Virus record (IMG/VR): IMGVR_UViG_3300042569_002054
Source of the DNA: a virus
Strand: one strand, 5' to 3'
DNA: 64,000 nucleotides
The notes beneath the pieces were generated by a model. It did no database searches and had not been told where the DNA came from. It saw nothing but the letters and a program-made list of their open reading frames with translations. The first letter of the stretch is position 1; every line of letters starts with the position of its first letter. Below, one piece after another: positions 50,352 to 60,900 of the stretch. The translations under genes were made by a program, and so were the position numbers.

Positions 50352-51215
50352 ATGGCAACATCACGACCTTTTGCATATAATACAGGCTCAACAATTTCAG
50401 GGACAGAACAAGTTGGAAGTATTGCTATTGGATACCCAACAAGTGGTTTTACATCCACAGGTTTAAGATGGTGGAATGGGCCTGATGAAGATTTGGGATA
50501 TGTTATTGCTCACACCGTACCGTCAGGAACACAACCAAATCCTGTTGGAGTTCCTGCTTATATCGGTTTTTGGAGAACACCAAGTAAGACAGATAATAAC
50601 TTTATTAGTTTATCTCAGTATGTATCAAGTTTTACCGGAACACCACAAACATTTGCAAGTGCTTCAGCGGCTAAGACATGGTTAAACTCGGCGGGATATT
50701 GGACATCTTGGGATTTAAGTTATACTGCAGGAGTATTTAAAACAACTTATAGTGGGTACTTTAATGATAATGTTAATTTCTTTGCAACCGCAACTCCCGC
50801 ATCAGTAGGTGGAAATCCTGCGACTTCAGTACAAACCACCGAGATAACAGAACCCCCAACCAGTGACGGTGAGAATTTCAGTTGTCAATGGTTAGGTTAT
50901 TTCAAACCAACTACTACAGAAACTTACACATTCTTTACTTCATCTGATGATGCTTCCTATGTTTGGGTTGGTAGTAATAGTATTTCAGGATTTACAACAA
51001 CAAACTCAACAGTTAATAACGGTGGATTACATGGGACACAAGAACGTTCAGGTACAATTGCCTTAACTGCTGGTACATATTATCCGTTACGAGTACAATT
51101 TGGAGAACTAAGTGGTGGTGACGTGATGACTTTTAGTTATTCAACTCCGACTATAACAAAAACAACCAACGTAACAGGTTTAATTTTTTATAATTTGGTA
51201 ACAAGCGGATTTTAA
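50352..51215 (+). CDS. PA14-domain carbohydrate-binding protein
   Basis: FSCQWLGYFKP..TETYTFFTSSDDAS, GLHG, LTAGTYYPLRVQFGELSGG. Confidence 0.85.
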   Translation: MATSRPFAYNTGSTISGTEQVGSIAIGYPTSGFTSTGLRWWNGPDEDLGYVIAHTVPSGTQPNPVGVPAYIGFWRTPSKTDNNFISLSQYVSSFTGTPQTFASASAAKTWLNSAGYWTSWDLSYTAGVFKTTYSGYFNDNVNFFATATPASVGGNPATSVQTTEITEPPTSDGENFSCQWLGYFKPTTTETYTFFTSSDDASYVWVGSNSISGFTTTNSTVNNGGLHGTQERSGTIALTAGTYYPLRVQFGELSGGDVMTFSYSTPTITKTTNVTGLIFYNLVTSGF

Positions 51216-51285
51216 AAACTAAAACTTATTAATTTATTTCTTTAATTTTTATTTAAAATTAATACTTTTTGTGTAAAACATTTAC

Positions 51286-52530
51286 ATGAAAATTTTTATA
51301 CAAGTTGCCTCTTACAGAGACCCCCAACTAATCCCAACTATACAGTCAGCATTGGAAAATGCTAAACGACCTGAAAACTTAGTTTTTGGTATTGCTCGTC
51401 AGTTTCATCCTGATGATAATTTTGATAATTTAGATGAATATAGGAATGATGAAAGATTTAGAATAATCGATATTCCATACACCGAATCCAAAGGAGCTTG
51501 TTGGGCAAGAAATCAAATACAACAAGTATATGGTAAGGAAACTTACACTCTTCAAATTGACTCACACATGAGGTTTGCTCAAAATTGGGATGATGAGATG
51601 ATTAAGATGGTTAAACAACTTCAAAAGAAAGGATATAAGAAACCTTTATTAACAGGTTATGTTTCATCCTTTGACCCTGACAATGACCCCAACCTACGTG
51701 TTAACGAACCATGGAGAATGGCGTTTGATAGATTTATTCCTGAAGGTGCGGTTTTCTTTTTACCTGAAACAATTCCTGGTTGGCAAAATTTAACTGAACC
51801 TGTTACCGCAAGATTTTACTCGGCTCACTTCTGTTTTACTCTTGGAAAATTTGCTAAAGAAGTTCAACACGACCCTGAGTTTTATTTTCATGGTGAAGAG
51901 ATTTCAATCGCTGCAAGAGCATACACTCATGGATATGATTTATTCCACCCACATAAAGTTTTAATTTGGCATGAATATACTCGTAAGGGTAGAACTAAAC
52001 AATGGGATGACGATAAACAATGGGTTGATAAGAATAATTTTGCTCATAAGAAAAATCGTTCTCTATTCGGTATGGATGGTGAGGAAGATATGAATCACGG
52101 GAAGTATGGGTTTGGTAAAGTTAGAACTTTAAGAGATTATGAAAAATATTCAGGTCTTTTATTTTCAAAGAGAGCCGTTCAACAATATACGTTAGATAAA
52201 GGTTATCCACCAAATCCAAATAACTTCAATTCAGAAGAAGAATGGTTAAAGTCATTTACATCGGTATTCAAACATTGTATTGATATTGGGTTTACTCAAG
52301 TACCTGAAAAGGATTATGACTTTTGGGTTGTTGCGTTCCATAATGAATTAGATGAAACCATTTACAGACAAGATGCTGATAAAGGTGAGGTTGATAGAAT
52401 GTTAAGAGACCCTGATGGTTATTGTAAAGTTTGGAGAGAGTTCTTAACTGATTCAAAACCTAAATATTGGGTTGTTTGGCCTCACTCGGAATCTAAAGGA
52501 TGGTGTGATAGAATAACAGGAAATTTATAA
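51286..52530 (+). CDS. GlcNAc transferase-like glycosyltransferase (GT60 / Skp1 GlcNAcT-like)
   Basis: IFIQVASYRDP, GACWARN, LQIDSHMRF, FHGEEI, DLFHP, WHEY. Confidence 0.8.
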   Translation: MKIFIQVASYRDPQLIPTIQSALENAKRPENLVFGIARQFHPDDNFDNLDEYRNDERFRIIDIPYTESKGACWARNQIQQVYGKETYTLQIDSHMRFAQNWDDEMIKMVKQLQKKGYKKPLLTGYVSSFDPDNDPNLRVNEPWRMAFDRFIPEGAVFFLPETIPGWQNLTEPVTARFYSAHFCFTLGKFAKEVQHDPEFYFHGEEISIAARAYTHGYDLFHPHKVLIWHEYTRKGRTKQWDDDKQWVDKNNFAHKKNRSLFGMDGEEDMNHGKYGFGKVRTLRDYEKYSGLLFSKRAVQQYTLDKGYPPNPNNFNSEEEWLKSFTSVFKHCIDIGFTQVPEKDYDFWVVAFHNELDETIYRQDADKGEVDRMLRDPDGYCKVWREFLTDSKPKYWVVWPHSESKGWCDRITGNL

Positions 52531-52533
52531 GAT

Positions 52534-53244
52534 ATGAAATTTACATTTGCTACTTTTTGTTTTGGTGAAAGATATTATAACCAAGTTAATAGATTTATTG
52601 GTGATATCGTAGAATCGGATTATAAAACAAATTTGGTTGTTATTACCGATGACCCAAGTAAGATTAATAATCAAGAATTTGTTCACACTTTCAACATTAA
52701 TGATTTTAATCCAAATTATTTGGAGTATGCTAAAAACTACTATGATTTTGATTTTTCAGTTAAGAGATATTCGTTAAGAGCTGCTTTAAGTATTGGTTTT
52801 ACTAAAATGATTTTAGTTGATTGTGATATGAGAGTTAACCCATCTTTCTTTAATGAAGAAAAGATTTTAGGAGCGTTTGATGAGAATTGTTTATCAGGGC
52901 CAGTAACATATAATTTTAACGAACAAGTTCATACCAATAGTGAATTAGGTAGACGATTACTTGAGTATGAAAAGTATTTCAATCATGAGGTTAATAAAGA
53001 TAAGTTGGAGGTTATGCCTGAAGATTGTATCCAATACTTGAGTATTGATGAAGATAAGTTTAATAGTTTTTTAGATACTTGGGACAAGTGTATCGAATAT
53101 AAAAAAGAAAAAGGTTTGAGAAACATACCCGCAGGTAACATAGACGAGATGTGTTTCTCGGCGTTATCTAATGGAATTGAAATAAAAAATAACGCTTATA
53201 AAGCATCAAATATAATATACGCAGAACATGACAAATGGTACTAA
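52534..53244 (+). CDS. Putative GT-A fold glycosyltransferase
   Basis: LVVITDD, KRYSL, ILVDCD (DxD), IDEMCF; inside the GT cluster. Confidence 0.55.
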   Translation: MKFTFATFCFGERYYNQVNRFIGDIVESDYKTNLVVITDDPSKINNQEFVHTFNINDFNPNYLEYAKNYYDFDFSVKRYSLRAALSIGFTKMILVDCDMRVNPSFFNEEKILGAFDENCLSGPVTYNFNEQVHTNSELGRRLLEYEKYFNHEVNKDKLEVMPEDCIQYLSIDEDKFNSFLDTWDKCIEYKKEKGLRNIPAGNIDEMCFSALSNGIEIKNNAYKASNIIYAEHDKWY

Positions 53245-54082
53245 AATAATTTCAGCAATTTATGAATTAAAATATGTTGAAGGGATTAATAGTGAAAGAT
53301 ATAAAAATTTTCCATTATTGGTTGCAACGATTAAAAACATAATTTATCCTGAATATCGTTACGTAATTTATACTGACCAAAATTCATATGATAAGTTTAA
53401 TTTAAAGTATGAATTTAATTTCCCAAATGTTGAATTTAAATTTAAAGAATTAAATACATCTGAAACTTGTGAATTAATTGACAGAATTAGAACTCAAGAA
53501 TTATCAGGTGGAATTAACTATGATAGAATTTATTGTGTAAACAATTATTTGGAAGTTGTTTTAAATAAACTTCAATTCTTAATTGATGAGTCACATGATT
53601 GTGATAATATCTTTTGGATTGATGCTGGTTTGATTGGAACATCTTGTCATGACGGGTGGAGAGATTATATGGCTCCGTTAATTAACTCAAAAAACTTTTT
53701 GGATAAGGTGGTTGATAAGATAAATCAACATGGATTTATCCATTTAAAAGGTAATTCAATTGTCATGAATTATGAAACGGTTGCTAAGTTTAACGACCTA
53801 TTTGGTGTTGAATTAAAGGTTGTTCCTGGATGTCTATTTGGTGGAACATCAGAAAAAGTTAGACATATTTTAGACGGATATTTAGACATTTTTAATCAAT
53901 ACTTAACCACACATAACCAACTTATTAGTGAACAAGAGGTTCTTACGGCTATTACAGGTAAACATTCGGATGAATGTCACGCTTTTGAATTTGGTGATTG
54001 GTTAGACTTACAAAAAGCGTTTTTAGACATTTTAGACATTTATGATGAGACAAAATATGTAAGGGAGAAGTGTTATGTTTAG
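53228..54082 (+). CDS. HtrL/YibB (WlaTC)-like putative glycosyltransferase
   Basis: YVIYTD, FWIDAGL, GCLFGG, SEQEVL. Confidence 0.6.
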   Translation: MTNGTKIISAIYELKYVEGINSERYKNFPLLVATIKNIIYPEYRYVIYTDQNSYDKFNLKYEFNFPNVEFKFKELNTSETCELIDRIRTQELSGGINYDRIYCVNNYLEVVLNKLQFLIDESHDCDNIFWIDAGLIGTSCHDGWRDYMAPLINSKNFLDKVVDKINQHGFIHLKGNSIVMNYETVAKFNDLFGVELKVVPGCLFGGTSEKVRHILDGYLDIFNQYLTTHNQLISEQEVLTAITGKHSDECHAFEFGDWLDLQKAFLDILDIYDETKYVREKCYV

Positions 54083-54638
54083 TCTTAACATTGTTTGTAC
54101 TTCAATTGGGAGAGAAACTCTACCAAGATTAATTGAGTCATTCAAAGACCAATTAGACCCAACAGATATTTTTACAATAATCTCAGATATTAATCACGAC
54201 TTTGTTTCAGAAGTATTATCAAGATATGAGTTTAAATTCAAAGTTAATCACATATTAAATCAAGGGGAACAAAAATGGAAATACGGACATCCGTTAATTA
54301 ATGAAAACATTAATTCATTAGAAGGTGATTTTATAATGTTTGCCGATGATGATGATAGATACACTGAAGACGCATTTAAAGTAATCAAAGAAACTATTAA
54401 AGATAAAAACAAATTATACATATTCAAACACAATTGGTTAGGTGATATTAATTGGAGATTAAAAGATTTCACAAGAGGTAATGTAGGGAAATGTATGGGA
54501 GTGATTCCAAACACACATAATTTACCGATGTTCCAAGAAGATGTTTTTGGGGATGTTATTTTTTATGAAGAGATAGGTCAAATGTTTGAAAGTGAATTTG
54601 TTGATTACATAATCTATAAAGTTAGACATACGGAATGA
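54075..54638 (+). CDS. GT2-like glycosyltransferase (short)
   Basis: TSIGRETL, IMFADDDDRY. Confidence 0.6.
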   Translation: MFSLNIVCTSIGRETLPRLIESFKDQLDPTDIFTIISDINHDFVSEVLSRYEFKFKVNHILNQGEQKWKYGHPLINENINSLEGDFIMFADDDDRYTEDAFKVIKETIKDKNKLYIFKHNWLGDINWRLKDFTRGNVGKCMGVIPNTHNLPMFQEDVFGDVIFYEEIGQMFESEFVDYIIYKVRHTE

Positions 54639-56305
54639 GTAATATTACATTAGTTACAGGATTGTGGAATATTGGAAGAGAAAATCTTGAAGAAGGTTGG
54701 TCTCGTTCTTTTTCACATTATTTAGAAAAATTTGAACAACTATTAAAAGTTGAAGAAAACTTAATAATTTTTGGTGAAAAGGAATTGGAGGAATTTGTTT
54801 GGGAAAGAAGAGACCAAAGTAATACCCAATTTATTTTAAGAGATAAGAGTTGGTTTGTTGAAAATGACTTTTACAATAAAATACAAGAAATTAGAAATAA
54901 TCCTGAATGGTATAATCAATCAGGGTGGTTAAAAGAATCAACACAAGGTAGATTGGAAATATACAATCCACTTGTTATGTCAAAAATGTTTATATTAAAT
55001 GATGCAAGGATTTTTGATAAGTTTAATTCAGAGTTTTTATTTTGGATTGACGCTGGACTTACAAATACTGTTCACCCCGGATATTTCACACATGATAAGG
55101 TGTTAGATAATTTAAGTAAGTATATAGATAAGTTTACATTTGTTTGTTTTCCATACGATGCAAGTAATGAGATACACGGATTTTCATATCCAAAGATTAA
55201 TCAGTGGGCTGAAGATGATGTAAAAAAAGTTGCTCGTGGTGGATTTTTTGGAGGTCCTAAAGAAACCATATCACAGATGAATGGTGAATACTATAACCTA
55301 TTGAATGATACACTATCAAGTGGGTACATGGGAACGGAAGAGTCAATATTTTCAATAATGGTTTATAAGTTAAGTGAATACATAAATTATTTTGAAATTG
55401 AATATAATGGTTTATTTGGGAAATTCTTTGAGGATTTAAAAGATGATGTTTTAGTTAAAAAGACAGAGTTTGTTAAAATTCAAAATGATTTAGATATAGA
55501 TAAAGTTGCGTTGTATGTAATAACATTCAATTCACCAAAACAATTTGAAACATTAATTAAATCTATGATTGAATATGATAGGGATTTCTTGGAAAAACCA
55601 AAGAAATTTTTATTGGATAACTCTACAGATTTATCAACAACTGAAGAATACTTAAAACTTTGTAAAGAATATGACTTTGAACATATTAAAAAAGATAACA
55701 TAGGTATTACAGGTGGAAGACAATGGACTGCGGAACACTTTGATGAAACGGGGTTGGACTATATGTTATTCTTTGAGGATGATATGTTTTTTTACTCACA
55801 AAAAAATGAAGTGTGTAGAAATGGGTTTAACAGATATGTAAGTAATCTATATCAAAAAAGTTTAGAGATAGTTAACAAAGAAAACTTTGATTTTTTAAAA
55901 TTAAATTTTTCAGAGTTTTATGGTGATAATAGTACTCAGTGGAGTTGGTATAATGTTCCACAAAATTTCAGAGAACAACATTGGCCAAAAAATCCAAGAT
56001 TACCTCAACAGGGTTTAGACCCAAATGCTCCAAAAACAAAATTCAACGAGATTAAAACACATAAAGGTTTACCATACGCTTCAGGTGAAATTTATTTGTG
56101 TAACTGGCCAATAATCCTTTCAAAAAGTGGGAGTTATAAATGTTATTTGGAAACAAAATATCAACACCCATATGAACAAACTTTAATGTCTCATAACTTC
56201 CAAAACACAATTAAAGGTAAATTAAAACCAGGTATTTTATTACTCACTCCTACCGAACATGATAGATTTGAACATTATGATAGTAATTTAAGAAAAGAAT
56301 GTTGA
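54635..56305 (+). CDS. Two-domain glycosyltransferase: HtrL/YibB-like plus GT2-like
   Basis: ITLVTGLWNIGR, FWIDAGL, GGFFGG, MGTEESIF; second domain YVITFNS, LLDNS, MLFFEDD. Confidence 0.65.
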   Translation: MSNITLVTGLWNIGRENLEEGWSRSFSHYLEKFEQLLKVEENLIIFGEKELEEFVWERRDQSNTQFILRDKSWFVENDFYNKIQEIRNNPEWYNQSGWLKESTQGRLEIYNPLVMSKMFILNDARIFDKFNSEFLFWIDAGLTNTVHPGYFTHDKVLDNLSKYIDKFTFVCFPYDASNEIHGFSYPKINQWAEDDVKKVARGGFFGGPKETISQMNGEYYNLLNDTLSSGYMGTEESIFSIMVYKLSEYINYFEIEYNGLFGKFFEDLKDDVLVKKTEFVKIQNDLDIDKVALYVITFNSPKQFETLIKSMIEYDRDFLEKPKKFLLDNSTDLSTTEEYLKLCKEYDFEHIKKDNIGITGGRQWTAEHFDETGLDYMLFFEDDMFFYSQKNEVCRNGFNRYVSNLYQKSLEIVNKENFDFLKLNFSEFYGDNSTQWSWYNVPQNFREQHWPKNPRLPQQGLDPNAPKTKFNEIKTHKGLPYASGEIYLCNWPIILSKSGSYKCYLETKYQHPYEQTLMSHNFQNTIKGKLKPGILLLTPTEHDRFEHYDSNLRKEC

Positions 56306-56334
56306 TTTTTTGATATTTATTTAAAAAACTATTA

Positions 56335-56703
56335 ATGGAATTTTTTATTAACAAAGGTGCAACACTGCCTGTTCTTAAAATGCAAGTGGTTAAAGATGGT
56401 ATTGCTGACATAACAGAGTTTATGTCATTAATAGAAAACTCGTTGATTTATTTTTCCATGATAGATGTTAAAACGGGAGGTTACAAGATTCTGAATAAGA
56501 AAGGAGGGTTTGTTGAAAAGACATTTATTGACCCAAACGCTGAGACAGAGTACTATGTTTATTATAAATTCACTTCAAGCGATACAAGTAGAGAGGGACT
56601 TTATGAAGGAGAGTTTGTTTTTATCACTGATACAGGAACTTATATTTTACCAATCAGAGAAAAACTTACGATAAAAATTGGTAATAGTTACGTATCTATT
56701 TAA
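56335..56703 (+). CDS. BppU-like baseplate/fibre attachment domain protein
   Basis: FFINKGATLPVLKMQV, YYKFTSSDTSREGLYEGEF, YILPIRE; preceded by TATTTAT. Confidence 0.55.
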   Translation: MEFFINKGATLPVLKMQVVKDGIADITEFMSLIENSLIYFSMIDVKTGGYKILNKKGGFVEKTFIDPNAETEYYVYYKFTSSDTSREGLYEGEFVFITDTGTYILPIREKLTIKIGNSYVSI

Positions 56704-56704
56704 T

Positions 56705-57913
56705 ATGGAATGGTTTATTAAGAAAAATTCAACGTTACCAGTTTTCCAAGTTGAGATATCAAAAGACGGAAGAAGTGATTTTGGTTTAGATGAAAATATT
56801 TCGGGTAATACAATTTTAATTTCGGTATATGATGAAGTTAATAAGAAATATATTGTAGCGTCTAAAGAATGTTATATTACAACAAGTGCGTCTACTGTTA
56901 ATCCTTTAGATATTACTTATTATGTAAACTATCAATTTACAAGTAGAGAAACTAAAAATGAGGGTAAGTTTTTAGTTCAGTTTTTAAAACAATCATCTCA
57001 GGGTATTGTTATTATACCATTACCTCAAAAAATTTATGTAAGTGTTCTTAGTAGTTTTAGTTTAAACTCTTACTCTTATCCGACTAATAATCCTTACATT
57101 ATTGATAGACCATGTTGTAACGCACCAGCTCTACCTGCAACACCTACACCAACACCATCTATTACTCCAAGTGTTACTCCAACAATGTCTTTAACACCAT
57201 CACTAACTCCAACTCTCACACCTACAACAACTACAACACCTACATTTACTCCTACACCATCTATTACAACACCACAATATTATGCTTATGTATTCGCAGA
57301 ACCACAAGATTCTTCGGCAAGTGGTTCGTTGTATGGATTAGGAAGTTATATGTATTACTTATCGGATGGTATAACACCTGATACTAATGTTAATTGGTAC
57401 GGATGGGGTAACTCGGGAGCTCTTCCATTACCAACAAATCCAAACTACAGTTATATGATGAACAAATACTCATCATACTCAGGATTTACAGGTGGAACAG
57501 GAAACTTTGTTAAACCTACAGACTTAAAAGGTGCGTTAAATCAATTCCCAAATACTATCAATGATAGTTTTGGATGTTTAATTAACCAATACACTTTTGA
57601 AACAATAGAAGTTAATAATAGTGATATTAACACTAGTTTACAGTACATGTATACGATTTGGATACCACTTGATGGTGTCGGAGGAACTTTAAATAATATG
57701 AGTGTAAATGTTGGTTATCAATCACAACCTTGTGACTTTGATATTTTAGCAACTCCTGACCCTAAAATTTCGGTTGGGGATATTACAATAACTCCAGGTG
57801 GAGCGATACCTGCGGGAACTTATAGAGTATTATACTTATCAAACGATGGATTGTTACCTCCAAAACTTCCTGATAATAACAATTATTATTTCAAAGGGGT
57901 GTATAAAACCTAA
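56705..57913 (+). CDS. Adaptor protein: BppU-like N-domain, Pro/Thr linker, C-domain paralogous to 45488-46492
   Basis: Start reassigned to ATG 56705 (MEWFIKKNSTLP, paralogous to previous gene's MEFFINKGATLP); YAYVFAEP...GSYM...YTIWIP...TYRVLY...YYFKG. Confidence 0.7.
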   Translation: MEWFIKKNSTLPVFQVEISKDGRSDFGLDENISGNTILISVYDEVNKKYIVASKECYITTSASTVNPLDITYYVNYQFTSRETKNEGKFLVQFLKQSSQGIVIIPLPQKIYVSVLSSFSLNSYSYPTNNPYIIDRPCCNAPALPATPTPTPSITPSVTPTMSLTPSLTPTLTPTTTTTPTFTPTPSITTPQYYAYVFAEPQDSSASGSLYGLGSYMYYLSDGITPDTNVNWYGWGNSGALPLPTNPNYSYMMNKYSSYSGFTGGTGNFVKPTDLKGALNQFPNTINDSFGCLINQYTFETIEVNNSDINTSLQYMYTIWIPLDGVGGTLNNMSVNVGYQSQPCDFDILATPDPKISVGDITITPGGAIPAGTYRVLYLSNDGLLPPKLPDNNNYYFKGVYKT

Positions 57914-57943
57914 AAAAAAGATAATTATTAGTAAGTAAAAAAA

Positions 57944-60900
57944 ATGGCAATACCGTATCAAAATCCAATAAGTGCGTCCCAAATTACAGGACCTTTCAGT
58001 GTAGCGAGAACAAGTCCATACGGAACCAATTTTAATGTTTTAAATGTTGGTGGATGGCAAGAGGCGGCATACCTTACTAATTTAGGTTTAACATTTAGTG
58101 GGCAAGGACAACAACAATTAAGTGTTAATAATATACCTATTAATATTAACATTGGTAACGGTACATTTTCTCCAACATATTTAACTTTAAATTCTGACAA
58201 TTTCTCTTCGGGTAGAAGAAGATTGGGTATGATTGTTTGGGTTAATGAAACTGAAACGGCATATCAATATCAAATAGACAATTACAATGATTTATGGGAT
58301 GCTGCAGTAAGTGCTAATTCTGTAACTCAATTATCTTACGAAACTATTATAAAGAATAATACACCTGAAGGTCAGGCATTTATTAATGCTTGGACAGGCT
58401 CAACTATTGAAGGTGTTAGTGGTGTTACAAGAGAAAATGCGAGATGGAGAGTTTTTGCTCAAGGTACTGAATTAACGGGTGGTACTTATTTTTCAGGTAC
58501 AAGTACATTAGAATTATATAATAGTGATGGAACTATTATTTCTGTAACAGGTATTACGGCATCTGGTTCTAATGGTAGTTCTGGAACATCAGGTTCTGCG
58601 GGTACAAGTGGTTCTTCAGGAAGTGCTGGTTCTTCAGGTAACTCTGGTTCTTCAGGTTCAGCAGGTACAAGTGGAACTTCAGGTAGTTCTGGTTCATCAG
58701 GTAGTTCTGGTTCTGCGGGTACATCAGGAACAAGTGGAACGTCTGGTTCATCAGGGGATAGCGGTTCTTCGGGAAGTGCTGGAACTAGCGGTAGTTCAGG
58801 TAGTGCTGGAACATCAGGTATTAATGGTGTTGATGGTGCAAGTGGAACATCAGGTACAAGTGGTTCATCAGGACTATCAGGTACTGGAGGTTCTTCGGGT
58901 ACATCAGGAACATCTGGCTCCTCAGGTTCATCAGGTTCTTCAGGAAGTGTGGGAACAAGTGGAACGTCAGGTTCTTCGGGAAGTTCTGGTACAAGCGGAA
59001 CTTCAGGAACTTCAGGTTCAAGTGGTTCATCGGGAAGTTCAGGTTCAAGTGGTTCATCGGGTACATCAGGTAGTACTGGTACTAGTGGTAGTAGTGGAAC
59101 AAGCGGAACGTCGGGTTCATCAGGTTCTGCGGGAAGTAGTGGTTTATCAGGTAGTGTTGGAACATCTGGCTCAAGTGGTAGTTCAGGTAGTTCTGGTTCA
59201 TCAGGTACATCTGGCTCAAGTGGTAGCTCTGGTTCAACAGGTTCGTCAGGTAGTAGTGGTATAACTGGGTCTTCAGGTACGAGTGGTAGTTCTGGCACAT
59301 CAGGTTCATCTGGTAGTTCAGGTTCTTCAGGTTCATCTGGTAGTTCAGGTTCTTCAGGTAGTACTGGTTCATCAGGAACTAGCGGAACATCAGGAACATC
59401 AGGTACAAGTGGTAGTTCAGGTTCTACAGGAACATCGGGTTCTACAGGAACATCGGGTTCATCAGGTAGTAGTGGCTCAAGTGGAAGTTCAGGATTGACA
59501 GGTTCATCAGGAACATCGGGTTCATCAGGGACATCGGGTTCATCAGGTAGTTCTGGTTCAAGTGGTAGTAGCGGAAGTACAGGGTCTTCGGGCACAAGTG
59601 GTAGTTCTGGTACATCAGGTTCATCAGGAAGTTCAGGTTCATCAGGTTCTAGCGGTAGTGTTGGAACTTCGGGAACAAGTGGTTCAAGTGGAAGTTCAGG
59701 TTCTTCAGGAAGTGTAGGAACATCAGGTACAAGTGGAAGTTCAGGTTCGTCTGGCTCAAGTGGAAATACAGGTTCAAGTGGAACGAGTGGTTCATCAGGT
59801 ACATCTGGCTCAAGTGGTAGTTCAGGTTCGTCTGGCTCAAGTGGTTCAAGTGGAAGTTCAGGTTCATCTGGAAGTGTAGGAACATCAGGTACAAGTGGTA
59901 GTTCAGGTTCTTCAGGTAGTTCAGGTGTTAATGGTTCTTCAGGGACTAGTGGTAGTTCGGGAACATCTGGTTCTTCAGGAAGTTCGGGTTCATCAGGTTC
60001 TAGTGGTAGTTCAGGAACATCTGGCTCAAGCGGGTCTTCTGGTTCAAGTGGAAGTACTGGTTCTTCAGGAAGTGCAGGTACATCGGGTAGTGTAGGAACT
60101 AGCGGTAGTTCTGGTTCATCTGGTTCTTCAGGTAGTACTGGCTCAAGTGGTACTTCAGGTTCTTCGGGAAGTTCTGGTACTAGTGGTTCATCAGGTAGTG
60201 TAGGTACTAGTGGTTCATCAGGTAGTTCTGGTTCAAGTGGTAGTAGCGGAAGTACAGGGTCTTCTGGTACAAGTGGGAGCTCAGGAACATCTGGTACAAG
60301 CGGTAGTTCTGGGTCATCTGGTTCAGTTGGTACAAGCGGTTCATCAGGTAGTGTTGGAACATCTGGTTCATCAGGTTCTGTTGGTACTTCAGGAACATCG
60401 GGTTCATCAGGTAGTACTGGTTCAAGTGGAAGTTCAGGAAGTAGTGGTAGTGTAGGAACAAGTGGTTCTTCAGGGACATCTGGCTCAACAGGTACTTCAG
60501 GAACATCAGGTTCAAGTGGGTCTTCAGGTAGTTCGGGTTCATCAGGAAGTTCAGGTACAAGCGGAACATCAGGTTCAGTAGGAACAAGTGGTTCATCGGG
60601 AAGTTCAGGGTCAACAGGAACTTCAGGTTCAAGTGGGTCTTCAGGTAGTTCAGGAAGTAGCGGAACATCTGGTTCTAGTGGAAGTGTTGGAACTTCTGGT
60701 ACATCAGGAACAAGTGGTTCATCGGGAAGTTCTGGTTCTGCCGGTACAAGTGGAAGTGTAGGAACAAGTGGTACTTCAGGTTCATCTGGCTCAAGTGGAA
60801 GTTCAGGTTCAACAGGTAGTTCAGGTACTAGCGGTTCATCTGGAAGTTCTGGTTCTGCAGGTACAAGTGGAAGTTCTGGTTCTTCAGGTAGTACGGGTTC

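Larger units (their letters stand above)
1832..56321 (+). promoter_or_regulatory. Dispersed TATTTAT(A/T) element, candidate phage late promoter
   Basis: Intergenic copies at 1832, 2659, 2734, 4257, 6311, 17547, 21919, 26796, 27761, 30134, 39389, 45475, 56314. Confidence 0.65.

Noticed and set aside
1899-55701. Minus-strand and nested ORFs inside long genes (e.g. 1899-2345, 3848-4159, 17850-18287, 45592-45930)
   Set aside because: Fully overlap well-supported + strand genes and show no recognisable motifs.
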